DNA of 36,912 nucleotides from Microcoleaceae cyanobacterium (GCA_051652765.1 JBOFUV010000113.1:1-36912), one strand, 5' to 3'; positions 8,768-18,417 are shown, numbered from the stretch's first letter. Made by a program: numbers and translations. Notes: generated by a model not told the origin, from the sequence alone.

Positions 8768-10798
8768 TTATTCTTGCTCAATTGTAATTTCCCAGGTTTC
8801 CAGGGTTGTTCCGACTTCTTGATTCAGATTTGTCAATGCATTTAAGTACTCAATTCTAGCATTTAGTTCTTCATTGCGCGAGCGCCCCAGATCATCTCGA
8901 AACCTAACTAGATCAATACTTGAAGTATTTTCAACGCCCAATCTCAGTTTCTCTTCTTCATTACGAAGTTCCTGTTCTGCAAGTTCCGTAACCCGCTGGG
9001 CAAGCTGTACTCTTTTAAAGCTATCATTGACTTCTCGAATCGCATTTTCGACTGCAATATCAACTTGTTGCTTTTCTTCTTGAAGATCATTTTCAGATTG
9101 TAAAACATCAACCTGTCTGCGCTTAAAATCTCGCTCAATATTTAAGTCTCCCAAGGTTTTACTGAACTCAATTCCTGCTCGAAATTCGGTCTGATCTTCA
9201 ATAATATTTGATACTGGGTCATGATTGACTTGGGCATTTAAATCAATATTCCAGAGCCTGTTATTCTCTGCAATCATTAACGCTAGTTGATTTCGCTCTA
9301 CATTGAGTTTTGATTTGATGTAGTCCGGGCGATTTTCCAAAGCCAGTTGTTGAATTTCTGCAAAGTCCAAAGCTTGAGGTTCAATCGCTGGTATTTCTGC
9401 TGCAAGAATATTTAAATCATCACTTAAATCTAGGACTTCTAACAGATCTAGTTGGCGTTGCTTTAAACGACTTTCTGCATCTAGCACCCCAACTTCTTGG
9501 TTGGCAACACCACGTTCAAAACTAATCAGATCAATTTGAGGAAGGCGACCCGCATCGATTAAAGCTTGAGTATTTCTGACTTGTTGTTGAGCAATTTCTA
9601 GGGAATTTTGCTCAATTTTTAATTGTTCTTGTGCTTGGAGTAAACGCCAATAGGCAAGGATAGTATCTGTAATTTGATCAACCAAGACTGTTTTCAAATC
9701 TAACAAGTTGATCGTCTCAATAATGCGAGCAATTTTAATGGGCGCTTTATTCACATTGAACCCTGCCCCTCTCAATAAAGGCTGCCTTAAAGTTAGTTCT
9801 AAATTTTGCTGTAGAATATCATCTGTGCCCACAAAACCAGATCCATCTCGTTGTTCACCCTGACCGTTCCAGGTAAAATTTAATTCTCCCCCGGTCGGAA
9901 CCCGCAGCACTAAATCGGCTGACAGGGCTATATTGTTGGTTACTGAATTTCGATTACCCCGTTCTAAGTTGTTCCAACCAATGGATAATCGAGGAGTAAA
10001 ATCTGGAACAAATTCATCTTCAGCAACAGCTAGATCTTGACGTTGAACAATCCGTTCTAAATATTGATTTTTAATCGTTCGATTGTTTTCTAGGGCAAGA
10101 ATAATGGCATCTCTTAACATCAATTCAACTTTAGGTTGATCTGAGGTGGGTAAGGTTCGTTGATCAGTTTCTAATTCTGTTGTCGGTTGCTGGAATATTT
10201 TCACAGATTCCTCTGTATTTCTAATGACTTGAGTTGAAGATTGAGCTAAAGAAGATCGGGGATTGACGATTAAACTCGGTTGATAATCAACCTGGGAATT
10301 TCCAGAACCTGAAATGGATAAGCTTAAAATCTGACCTGAGATCTTTAAACTATTACCGTTCACTTCAAGGAATTTTTGAAAAGTATCATCTTCCTGAGTT
10401 TTGCTCAAGATTGAAGGGATAAATAGGTTATTCAATGAGTCTGAAACGGTAGGAACCTTCTTCCCCCAAACAAATTGCCTATCTAATACTTGTGGATTAA
10501 AAATATTTTCAGGATTGGGATTCTCTGGCCAGAGTTCTGGAACATTTTGGGGGACTTGCTCCGAAGAGAATAGGCTCGAAGTCTGCAAGATATTATCTAG
10601 CTCAAACATAGAGTCTGATGACGATGAATACTTGGCATCGGCGCGCAAAACTGGCTGAGAAGAGAGGACTAGGATAGCAACATTAATGCTGGCCGAAGTA
10701 GCAAAAATTACCCCGAAAAAACGAAACCACCAACTAGAATTAGTCTGTGGTTCCTGAGGCGAATTAAGAAGAGATTTAGGAGTTGGAGGTCGATTCAT
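8768..10798 (-). CDS. TolC family outer membrane efflux protein with long N-terminal extension
   Basis: LRDAIILALENN, LRQPLLRGAG, LALENRPD and coiled-coil OEP repeats; ATG 10798 lies 1 nt after the GNAT stop (ORF track start 10810). Confidence 0.88.
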   Translation of the reverse strand: MNRPPTPKSLLNSPQEPQTNSSWWFRFFGVIFATSASINVAILVLSSQPVLRADAKYSSSSDSMFELDNILQTSSLFSSEQVPQNVPELWPENPNPENIFNPQVLDRQFVWGKKVPTVSDSLNNLFIPSILSKTQEDDTFQKFLEVNGNSLKISGQILSLSISGSGNSQVDYQPSLIVNPRSSLAQSSTQVIRNTEESVKIFQQPTTELETDQRTLPTSDQPKVELMLRDAIILALENNRTIKNQYLERIVQRQDLAVAEDEFVPDFTPRLSIGWNNLERGNRNSVTNNIALSADLVLRVPTGGELNFTWNGQGEQRDGSGFVGTDDILQQNLELTLRQPLLRGAGFNVNKAPIKIARIIETINLLDLKTVLVDQITDTILAYWRLLQAQEQLKIEQNSLEIAQQQVRNTQALIDAGRLPQIDLISFERGVANQEVGVLDAESRLKQRQLDLLEVLDLSDDLNILAAEIPAIEPQALDFAEIQQLALENRPDYIKSKLNVERNQLALMIAENNRLWNIDLNAQVNHDPVSNIIEDQTEFRAGIEFSKTLGDLNIERDFKRRQVDVLQSENDLQEEKQQVDIAVENAIREVNDSFKRVQLAQRVTELAEQELRNEEEKLRLGVENTSSIDLVRFRDDLGRSRNEELNARIEYLNALTNLNQEVGTTLETWEITIEQE

Positions 10799-10799
10799 G

Positions 10800-11291
10800 T
10801 TAACCCTCAAGCCACTGATACATTATAAAAATATCAACAAATCCGAGTTGCCGATGTTGAAATCCCTTTGGGACAATTCCAATAATCTCAAAGCCTAACT
10901 TTTGCCATAGTTTGATCGCCTGTTTGTTGGTGCTCACCACAAAATTGAACTGCATTGCCTTAAATCCTAAATGTCTTGCAGAGTGTATCGCATGTTCTCC
11001 CATGATTTGACCAATTCCCTGTCCTCTTGCTACTTCGGCGACCATGAAACCTGCATTACAAATGTGAGAAACAAGTCCAGAATGGTTGGGTTTTAAGTAA
11101 TAAGTTCCTAGCACATTCTGATCCTGAACAGCAACGTAGGTGACCTGAGGGAGCTGCATCCAGAGGGTATAGGCTTCCACTTTTGTTGTTTCAGGAGCAA
11201 ACGCATAAGTATCACCCTGGCTGACAACTTGGTGAAAAATCGGCCAAATTTGCTCAAAGTCTGCAACACTTGCCTGTCGAATTTCAATCAC
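10800..11291 (-). CDS. GNAT family N-acetyltransferase
   Basis: HICNAGFMV...ARGQGIG, GFKAMQFNFVVSTN..A..LWQKLGF. Confidence 0.92.
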   Translation of the reverse strand: MIEIRQASVADFEQIWPIFHQVVSQGDTYAFAPETTKVEAYTLWMQLPQVTYVAVQDQNVLGTYYLKPNHSGLVSHICNAGFMVAEVARGQGIGQIMGEHAIHSARHLGFKAMQFNFVVSTNKQAIKLWQKLGFEIIGIVPKGFQHRQLGFVDIFIMYQWLEG

Positions 11292-11355
11292 ATTTTTCAG
11301 TTACATTTTTCAGTTACATTTTTTAATCATATTTTTCAATTACACTTTCTGATCA
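11291..11355. repeat. 13-bp degenerate tandem repeat, 5 units (CATTTTTCAGTTA consensus)
   Basis: catttttcagtta / catttttcagtta / cattttttaatca / tatttttcaatta / cactttctgatca, directly abutting the GNAT GTG start. Confidence 0.85.
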
Positions 11356-11405
11356 AGTCTTTGTTCTAGGGCAGGTTATCTTCCTTCCACCTACTCTTTT
11401 TGAGG

Positions 11406-11448
11406 AAAATTGGTAGGTAAGGCAATGCCTGCCTTACCTACCAATTTT
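11406..11448. repeat. Perfect 19-bp inverted repeat, GTAG-type REP-like palindrome
   Basis: aaaattggtaggtaaggca-atgcc-tgccttacctaccaatttt between divergent genes. Confidence 0.85.
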
Positions 11449-11740
11449 AGGGGGTCAACCTGGGCAGTCAACCTCCCGCTGCAAATGAACCTAGAATTAA
11501 AATTGACAAGGCCATACCAGGGAGTAAAAGCAATCCCAACATTAACAAATCATGTCCAGTCATAGTACGTTCTGCTTCTAAAGGATCTTATTCATCAACT
11601 TAGCATTTAAATCGTGATCGTCCTGTCTCCCTTAAAGTTTCTTTTAGTTTAAAATAGGGGAGAACTGATTAACCCTCCATAAAACTCTTGGATTTTACGG
11701 ATCAGTTCACTAAATCAATCATTTAATCATGGATTGAATT

Positions 11741-12220
11741 ATGCCTATCTCACCGGATCTGATTTTCGATATTGGCAACATATTTGTGCTTCCGTTTTGG
11801 GCACTCATGATCGTACTACCAAACTGGGAAGTAACTCGCAAAGTTATGTCCTCTTACATTCCGTTTATTATTCTGGCGGGGGCTTATATCTACTTGTTTG
11901 TGATTAGTGTTACTCCAGAAAATGCTGCTGCACTTTCGAGTCCCAAATTGGCAGATATAGCTCGATTTTTTGCCGATGAAAAAGCAGCAGCGACTGGATG
12001 GATTCATTTTTTAGTCATGGATTTATTTGTAGGTCGCTACATTTACTGGGAAGGTCAAAATCAAAAGATTTGGACAATTCATTCCTTGATTTTATGCTTA
12101 TTTGCAGGGCCTTTAGGGTTACTATCTCATATTCTGACGACTTGGATCAAGCAGTTTCTCTCTAAAGCTGATCAGGTTAACCCAACATCAACAGATGCTT
12201 CCTCAGCTCAACAAAATTAG
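11741..12220 (+). CDS. ABA4-like (DUF4281) membrane protein
   Basis: VLPFWALMI..P.W..T, GWIHFLVMDLFVGR and LCLFAGPLGLLSH motifs. Confidence 0.88.
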   Translation: MPISPDLIFDIGNIFVLPFWALMIVLPNWEVTRKVMSSYIPFIILAGAYIYLFVISVTPENAAALSSPKLADIARFFADEKAAATGWIHFLVMDLFVGRYIYWEGQNQKIWTIHSLILCLFAGPLGLLSHILTTWIKQFLSKADQVNPTSTDASSAQQN

Positions 12221-12345
12221 CAAGAGTGGAGAGTCTGAACAACTCCCCAGATAATTCTCAGATTTCCCTCAGCTTGCTCAGTTGAAATAGTAGATGAGTA
12301 GGGGTTAATACCAAATTTTGCTAAGGGTTAGCGGGAAGTGAAATC

Positions 12346-13767
12346 ATGGCAGTTGAGTATGACATTGTGATTATCGGTGGCGGATCGGGAGGGCTTGTGG
12401 TTGCCAGTGCCGCAGCTCAACTAAAAGCAAAAGTAGCCTTAGTGGAGCGAGATCGCCTCGGGGGAGATTGCCTCTGGTTTGGCTGTGTTCCCAGTAAATC
12501 TCTGATTCATGCCTCACGGATTGCCCACGAAGTCAAAAACGCCGCTCGATTTGGGATTTACATCGATAGTCCTAAAATTAATTTTGCTGAGGCCACAGGC
12601 CATGTGCAGCAAGTGATTAAGACGATTGAACCCCATGATTCCCCTGAACGCTTCCGAGGACTGGGAGTCGATGTGGTGTTTGGAGAGGGGAAATTTATTG
12701 ATCGCCATACTTTTGAGGTCAATGGACGACAGTTAAGGGCCAGAAATTTTGTGATCTCTACGGGTTCACGTCCGGCAATTCCATCAATTTCCGGTTTAAA
12801 AGAAGCTGGATTTCTAACCAATGAAAAGGTGTTTTCTTTACAAGAATGCCCTAATTCTCTCGCTGTAATTGGCGGTGGGCCAATTGGTTGTGAACTGGGT
12901 CAAGCCTTTTCTCGTTTAGGCGCAACCGTTAGTATTTTTGACAGTGGAACTCATATTTTAGGCAAAGAAGATCCAGAGGCAGCCCAGGTTATTCAAGATC
13001 AACTGATAGCTGAAGGTATTCAAATTTTCACCGGTTCAAGAGTTGAAAAAATTGAAATTAAGCAGGGTAAAAAACACATTACTTCAGGACAACAAATCGT
13101 AATTACAGATGAGATTTTGGTTGCCTCTGGACGACTGCCCAATGTGGAATCATTGAATCTAGAAATAGCTGGAGTTGAAATCGGTAAACAAGGTATTAAA
13201 GTCAATGCCAAACTACAAACAACCAATCCTCGAATCTATGCTTGCGGAGATGTAATTGGGGGCTATCAGTTTACTCACGTTGCAGGATATGAGGCTGTTG
13301 TGGTACTCACAAATGCCCTATTTTTTCCCGTGAGTAAAGCAAATTATCGCGTGATTCCTTGGGCAACTTTTACTGATCCTGAATTAGCCAGAGTTGGATT
13401 GACAGAGGCTCAGGCTAGAGAGCGATATGGTGAGGATATTTATGTTCTAAAGCAGCCCTTTGCTGGGGTCGATCGAGCCCAAGCAGAAGCATCAACCCTG
13501 GGATTTGGTAAGATTATCACACGAGGCAATGGAGAAATTTTAGGCGCACATCTAGTTGGCTCTTCAGCAGGAGAATTAATCCATGAAGTTGTACTAGCCA
13601 TGGCCAATAATCTTAAGGTTTCTGCCTTAACTGGAATTCATATTTACCCAACACTGTCTGAAGTGAACAGCAAAGCCGGATTACTTTTGAAAAAACAAAA
13701 GTTTGCTAATAATCAGTGGCAGCAGAACTTTCTAGAAAAATTCTTTAACTGGCGGCGATCACTATAG
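12346..13767 (+). CDS. Class I pyridine nucleotide-disulfide oxidoreductase (mercuric reductase/dihydrolipoamide dehydrogenase-like)
   Basis: IIGGGSGG, GGDCLWFGCVPSK redox disulfide, VIGGGPIGCELGQ, IYACGD, HIYPTLSE; no HMA domain or C-terminal Cys-Cys. Confidence 0.9.
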   Translation: MAVEYDIVIIGGGSGGLVVASAAAQLKAKVALVERDRLGGDCLWFGCVPSKSLIHASRIAHEVKNAARFGIYIDSPKINFAEATGHVQQVIKTIEPHDSPERFRGLGVDVVFGEGKFIDRHTFEVNGRQLRARNFVISTGSRPAIPSISGLKEAGFLTNEKVFSLQECPNSLAVIGGGPIGCELGQAFSRLGATVSIFDSGTHILGKEDPEAAQVIQDQLIAEGIQIFTGSRVEKIEIKQGKKHITSGQQIVITDEILVASGRLPNVESLNLEIAGVEIGKQGIKVNAKLQTTNPRIYACGDVIGGYQFTHVAGYEAVVVLTNALFFPVSKANYRVIPWATFTDPELARVGLTEAQARERYGEDIYVLKQPFAGVDRAQAEASTLGFGKIITRGNGEILGAHLVGSSAGELIHEVVLAMANNLKVSALTGIHIYPTLSEVNSKAGLLLKKQKFANNQWQQNFLEKFFNWRRSL

Positions 13768-13819
13768 TTAACCTAGCTTTAAGTAAGCTTAAAATCTCTC
13801 CATTTCTACTTAAAGTAAT

Positions 13820-14263
13820 CTAAAACTTTTTGAGTTGATCCTTGAGATGGGAACCCGAAAAGAGATCAATGCCCAAAGCTGATTTTATTAAGTAAAGCAA
13901 TAAAAAAATAAAAGCACTAATCAGCAGATTCATTCCAATTAAAAGAACAGTTCCAGCAATCATATTGCCCAATTGAGTTACTCTAGTTACGGGATGCTCT
14001 CGATATCCACGACGGCGTTCTTTTCCTACAAACAGCACGATATAAAACCGAGAAAGGATCAAATCAACAGTGAATCTTAAATCTACAATTTTAGGGGAAG
14101 GTTTTGGAATAGCTTGTTCTATAACATCTCGAATTGCTTTAATTTGAGGAGCATCGAAGCTAGATAAAATTTGTGGATGAAAGAGCTTGAGATAGTCTTC
14201 AGCAGTTCTAGATTGATAACTCGACAGGGTAATTTTTTCTGGATTAACAGGAAGTTGATTCAC
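13820..14263 (-). CDS. Hypothetical membrane protein (cyanobacterial type)
   Basis: GTG start with AGGAG upstream; IVDLRF...RFYIVLFVGKERR and a C-terminal TM helix ending YLIKSALGIDLF. Confidence 0.75.
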   Translation of the reverse strand: MNQLPVNPEKITLSSYQSRTAEDYLKLFHPQILSSFDAPQIKAIRDVIEQAIPKPSPKIVDLRFTVDLILSRFYIVLFVGKERRRGYREHPVTRVTQLGNMIAGTVLLIGMNLLISAFIFLLLYLIKSALGIDLFSGSHLKDQLKKF

Positions 14264-14295
14264 AGAATTCTCCTAACAAATAAACAAAAACTTTA

Positions 14296-14745
14296 TTACA
14301 GTAATGTAAGTTTAACGATAAAATATCCTACTCCTAAAGCCATCCAAACTATGCTGAATAAAGGATCGGTTTTTTGAGAAAATTTTAGTTTTTTCAATGT
14401 CATTCGCCTCTGAACAAAGGCTGAAAGTACCACTAATCCAATCGCCAAGAACCATAGAAATATCATTAGACTTGCCCAAAGAGGGGCATTGATTTTAGGG
14501 AGATAACCAAATAAAAGTGGGGGCCAAATTTTTTGAACAACGGCAATAAAAATAACTGCTAAAATCCAAGCATTGGCTAGAACCACAGCTTCAGTTCCAG
14601 TATTTGTCAAATGTAAAGTGATCACCAGGGTTCCTAACCAAACCCAAACTGAAGCCTCAAATATAGTTAGTAAGCCTCCAGCTAGCATGTAACCTAATAT
14701 TAAGAAAGTGAGCATGATTAAATTAACAGAACTGAGACCTTTCAT
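14296..14745 (-). CDS. Hypothetical integral membrane protein
   Basis: 149-aa ORF with 4-5 hydrophobic segments, co-oriented with the neighbour. Confidence 0.65.
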   Translation of the reverse strand: MKGLSSVNLIMLTFLILGYMLAGGLLTIFEASVWVWLGTLVITLHLTNTGTEAVVLANAWILAVIFIAVVQKIWPPLLFGYLPKINAPLWASLMIFLWFLAIGLVVLSAFVQRRMTLKKLKFSQKTDPLFSIVWMALGVGYFIVKLTLL

Positions 14746-14898
14746 TTGATTTTTTAGATTGACTTTAATTTCTTCCGTAAATTGTTACTTTTCAGGTGTA
14801 AGTGTAAATACCATAACATCCTTGAATCAGTCATGAGGAAGCTAGAGAGAGGCCCTGAAAGGGGATCGTACCTCCTCTAGTCTAGTCTTATCCGCCAT

Positions 14899-17403
14899 TT
14901 GGGGCTGTTATTGGTGAAGCGTAAATTAATCAGTCAGACCATGAGCCCGTTAAAATCAAAACCAGAATTAAAATCAAAACTTTTATCGTTGTTCAAGCAG
15001 AAACGAGTAAAGCTCTGTTTAGGACTTATCCTAACTGGAATTACAGTGCGATCGCTTCCTTACCTTTTCCCTATTCACCCTCAAGATATTGCTCAAAATC
15101 AGCTCGCTATTGAATTTGGCGATCGCAATGGATTACCTCTAGGAACCCTCCTAAGTCAGGATCAAAATCATACTGTTATTGTTCCTCTCCAGCAAGTTTC
15201 ACCGCTATTTATTCAGGCAATTATTGCGGCGGAAGATAAACGATATAATCACCATGGAGCCCTGGATTTTCAAGCCATCACTCGTGCAATTTTAGAAGCA
15301 GTTCAAGCCCAGGAAATTGTGAGTGGTGCCTCGACGATTACGATGCAGCTTGCTCGCATGTTAGATGATTCACCTCATGCTATTTCTGATAAGGTTTCTG
15401 GCAAACTTTCTAGCAAAGCCCTAGAAATTTGGCTGGCTTGGCGATTATTTGCTGGAATGAATCGAGAGGAGATCCTACAAGCTTATATTAATCGTTTGCC
15501 CATGGGGGGAAATCTTTATGGAGTTGAAGCAGCGTCACGGGTTTATTTTGGAGTTCCAGCAATCGATTTAACCCTAGCACAAGCAAGTTTGTTAGCAGCA
15601 TTGCCGAATGATCCAACAGATCTAAATCCTTATGAAAATTGGGAGGTTTTGAAACAGCGACAACGTTATGTTCTAGATCGTATGGTTACAGATAACTATA
15701 TTACAAATGATCAGGCTGAACGAGCATTTAAGCAACAAATTCAGTTACAATACCATCGCCAGGGAATTATTACAGCTCCTCATTTCTTATTTCGAGTTTC
15801 CAGTCAACTATTGGAGTCTGACCCTTCTTACCAAGATTTGCCAATATCACAACAGCCTTATATCCGCACAACGTTAGATCGAAACTTACAACAATTTGTA
15901 GAAGCTCAAGTACAGCAAGTTTTAACCCCATTAATCGATAAGAATGTGAATCATAGCGCTGCAATTGTGATTGACAATCACACCCGAGAGGTCTTAGCCT
16001 ATGTGGGTTCTCCTAATTATTTTGATACGGTTAATTTAGGCCAAAATGATGGCGTACAAGCCTTGCGTCAACCTGGGTCAACCTTAAAGCCATTCTTGTA
16101 TGAACTAGCCTTAGAAAAACGTATAATTCATCCCAATACTATTCTGGCTGATGTGCCAACTTATTATGCAATTCCAGGAGCAAAGTTATACACACCAGCA
16201 GACTACAGCGAAACATTTCTAGGCCCGGTTCGAGTGCGAATTGCCCTAGCAAACTCCTTAAATATTCCAGCCGTAAGAGTGTTAGAAAAAGTGGGAGTTT
16301 CTGTGTTTTTAGACCGATTACAGTACTTGGGCTTTCAAAGCCTGAATCAGACCTCAGAACATTACGGTTTAGGGTTGGCTTTGGGGAGTGGAGAAGTAAA
16401 TCTTTGGGAACTTGCACAAGCCTATGTTACGATTGCCAACCAAGGGAAGTTTCAACCTTTAATCACAACATTTGATCGAACTCTAAATCAGAGCTTAACA
16501 TCAAAAACTTGTGTGAATCAATCCTTCTGCAATTCTGACTCTTTAGCGACTCTATCTCGTCAGATTGATCGTCCTGTAACCTGGAAGTTGATCACGGATA
16601 TGTTGAGTGATCGCCACGCCCGTGCAACTGCTTTTGGCGTAGATTCTGTTCTCAGTTTGCCCTTTCCAGTTGCGGTGAAAACAGGAACTTCTTCTGATTA
16701 TCGAGACACTTGGACAGTCGGATTTACGCCAGATTATACGGTTGCAACTTGGGTCGGAAATTTTGATGGGGCACCAATGCAAAAAGTGTCTGGAGTGACA
16801 GGTGCAGCACCCCTCTGGAGTCAAATTATGTTGCATTTACACAGAGCCCAAAAAGCTAGAAGTTTCCCACCGGCGGATGAATTGATCCAACTGCCGATCT
16901 GTGACACAACAGGATTAAAACCAACTCATAACTGTTCATCTGGAGTGGTCTTAGAATACTTCTACCCTGAGGATATTACTCAATATCAGAATCATCCAGA
17001 TGAATTTGAATTGACCGCTGAGTATCATGAATGGCTGGTAGAACAACCTCAAACAAATTTGTCAAATTCTCAATCCAAACAGTCTCAGCTTAAAATTATT
17101 TCTCCCCAAAATAACGATTATTTTTTGGTTTCTCCGGGTGAGGTAGCTCGATTAGAATTTAAAGTTATTTCCAAAGTCGAAGATCATTCTAAACAGCCAA
17201 TTGAATGGAGGTTAAATAACAAAAAAATGGCTTCTCAGTCTTCTAATTTATTATTTCAGGAAGTGCCTGTTGGAGAGTGGATATTAACAGTTAATCAGGG
17301 AGAAAATAGCGATCGCATTCATTTTCAAGTGCAAGTTGCAGATCAAAAATCCTATCGTCAAGGGTTTTCACTCAATAATTCCCTAAATCATGCTGATGAT
17401 TAA
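14899..17403 (+). CDS. pbpC: Penicillin-binding protein 1C (transglycosylase + transpeptidase + C-terminal BiPBP_C-like domain)
   Basis: AEDKRY, SGASTITMQLAR, RQPGSTLKPF (SxxK), SLN (SxN), AVKTGTSS (KTG); true start may be ATG 14941. Confidence 0.9.
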   Translation: MGLLLVKRKLISQTMSPLKSKPELKSKLLSLFKQKRVKLCLGLILTGITVRSLPYLFPIHPQDIAQNQLAIEFGDRNGLPLGTLLSQDQNHTVIVPLQQVSPLFIQAIIAAEDKRYNHHGALDFQAITRAILEAVQAQEIVSGASTITMQLARMLDDSPHAISDKVSGKLSSKALEIWLAWRLFAGMNREEILQAYINRLPMGGNLYGVEAASRVYFGVPAIDLTLAQASLLAALPNDPTDLNPYENWEVLKQRQRYVLDRMVTDNYITNDQAERAFKQQIQLQYHRQGIITAPHFLFRVSSQLLESDPSYQDLPISQQPYIRTTLDRNLQQFVEAQVQQVLTPLIDKNVNHSAAIVIDNHTREVLAYVGSPNYFDTVNLGQNDGVQALRQPGSTLKPFLYELALEKRIIHPNTILADVPTYYAIPGAKLYTPADYSETFLGPVRVRIALANSLNIPAVRVLEKVGVSVFLDRLQYLGFQSLNQTSEHYGLGLALGSGEVNLWELAQAYVTIANQGKFQPLITTFDRTLNQSLTSKTCVNQSFCNSDSLATLSRQIDRPVTWKLITDMLSDRHARATAFGVDSVLSLPFPVAVKTGTSSDYRDTWTVGFTPDYTVATWVGNFDGAPMQKVSGVTGAAPLWSQIMLHLHRAQKARSFPPADELIQLPICDTTGLKPTHNCSSGVVLEYFYPEDITQYQNHPDEFELTAEYHEWLVEQPQTNLSNSQSKQSQLKIISPQNNDYFLVSPGEVARLEFKVISKVEDHSKQPIEWRLNNKKMASQSSNLLFQEVPVGEWILTVNQGENSDRIHFQVQVADQKSYRQGFSLNNSLNHADD

Positions 17404-17444
17404 CTTCAAATTAGAATTAGAGTTTGGCTTTAGTTTGCAATTAA

Positions 17445-18197
17445 ATGCTAAGTTTAGTAATATTTTTATCAATTATTGTGGGATGGGTTGTGAATCATTG
17501 TGACAAGTTCAAAGTGACAAGTTCAAAATGTCAGTTTGCCGGAGAATTTGTCCGAGCAATGAGCTTTCAGTATCGCCGACGTGGAGTGTGGCACTATTTC
17601 CGAGCAACCGGAGTGATTATTGGTTTAGTTCTTATGTTTCCAGCCCTAAAACTGTCTAGAGTAGGGCTGTTAATTTATGGTGGATGTCTAGTTGCCGCCT
17701 ACTCGTTATTGAGGGAAGGTCAACGGTCTATGCAACGAGCTGACAATGCTTTGGCAGGCGCTAGAGCTGAAGGAGAAGTTGCGGCCTTAGTCCATCTTCT
17801 CGTGGTTCAGGGTTGGCACGTTGAGCATAATTTTATCCTTAAATGGGGAGATGCTGATGTTGTTTTGCAGTCTCCCTTAGGCAATAGTTTTGTGATTGAT
17901 GTCAAATCTCATCGGGGGACAATTATTCTCGACGGAGATTATTTAAAGCGACGAATGGGTGACGGTACTTATGATTTTCAAGAGGGAAATTTAATCAACA
18001 AAGTGAAGGGTCAAGCCGTAGAAACTAAACGGCTAAAACAGTTAGGCTGGGTAACGGCACTGCTCTGCTTTACCCAAGCAGAAATTCAAATTAAAGAACA
18101 ACCAATTCAGGGTGTTTATGTTGTATCGAAACAGAATCTAATAGATATTTTGCGGAGACTTGATCATGAGCTTACTCTCTCCAATCCAATAGATTGA
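17445..18197 (+). CDS. NERD (nuclease-related domain) protein with N-terminal TM helices
   Basis: A..GARAEGEV, W.VEHN....GDADVVL, FVIDVKSH (PD-(D/E)xK-like); start may be GTG 17514. Confidence 0.8.
   Translation: MLSLVIFLSIIVGWVVNHCDKFKVTSSKCQFAGEFVRAMSFQYRRRGVWHYFRATGVIIGLVLMFPALKLSRVGLLIYGGCLVAAYSLLREGQRSMQRADNALAGARAEGEVAALVHLLVVQGWHVEHNFILKWGDADVVLQSPLGNSFVIDVKSHRGTIILDGDYLKRRMGDGTYDFQEGNLINKVKGQAVETKRLKQLGWVTALLCFTQAEIQIKEQPIQGVYVVSKQNLIDILRRLDHELTLSNPID
17500..17527. repeat. Perfect 14-bp tandem duplication GTGACAAGTTCAAA x2
   Basis: 17500-17513 and 17514-17527 are identical. Confidence 0.85.
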
Positions 18198-18265
18198 TCT
18201 GAGTTTATCGACAAAGAGTGAAGCCTGAAAATACCTTCTAATAGGACATTAATACTGATGATATT

Positions 18266-18297
18266 AATATCAAATCCGGCTGATTGCTGGTGATCAG
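18266..18297 (+). repeat. Dispersed repeat; solo copy of the end of the 29392-29503 element
   Basis: AATATCAAATCCGGCTGATTGCTGGTGATCAG matches the reverse complement of 29473-29504 at 29/32 positions. Confidence 0.8.
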
Positions 18298-18417
18298 CGC
18301 AGTGAGTACCTGTATGCAGTGTCAAAAGAAGAGGATTATACTGAAACGTTCCATCTGCCCTGCAATGGAATATTGTCTGAAATGTAAAATTTAGACTCAG
18401 AAAAACAAAGTCTAATG

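Noticed and set aside
11291..11355. CRISPR array
   Set aside because: Units are contiguous 13-mers with no spacers, and there are no cas genes in the window.
12346..13767. Calling this gene merA or lpdA
   Set aside because: Lacks the MerA terminal Cys pair and mer operon context, and lacks the LPD catalytic His.
14798..14811. GTA-N8-TAC (NtcA-like box) between the membrane gene and pbpC
   Set aside because: No -10 element at the canonical ~22-nt spacing on either strand, the motif arises often by chance, and there is no nitrogen-related context.
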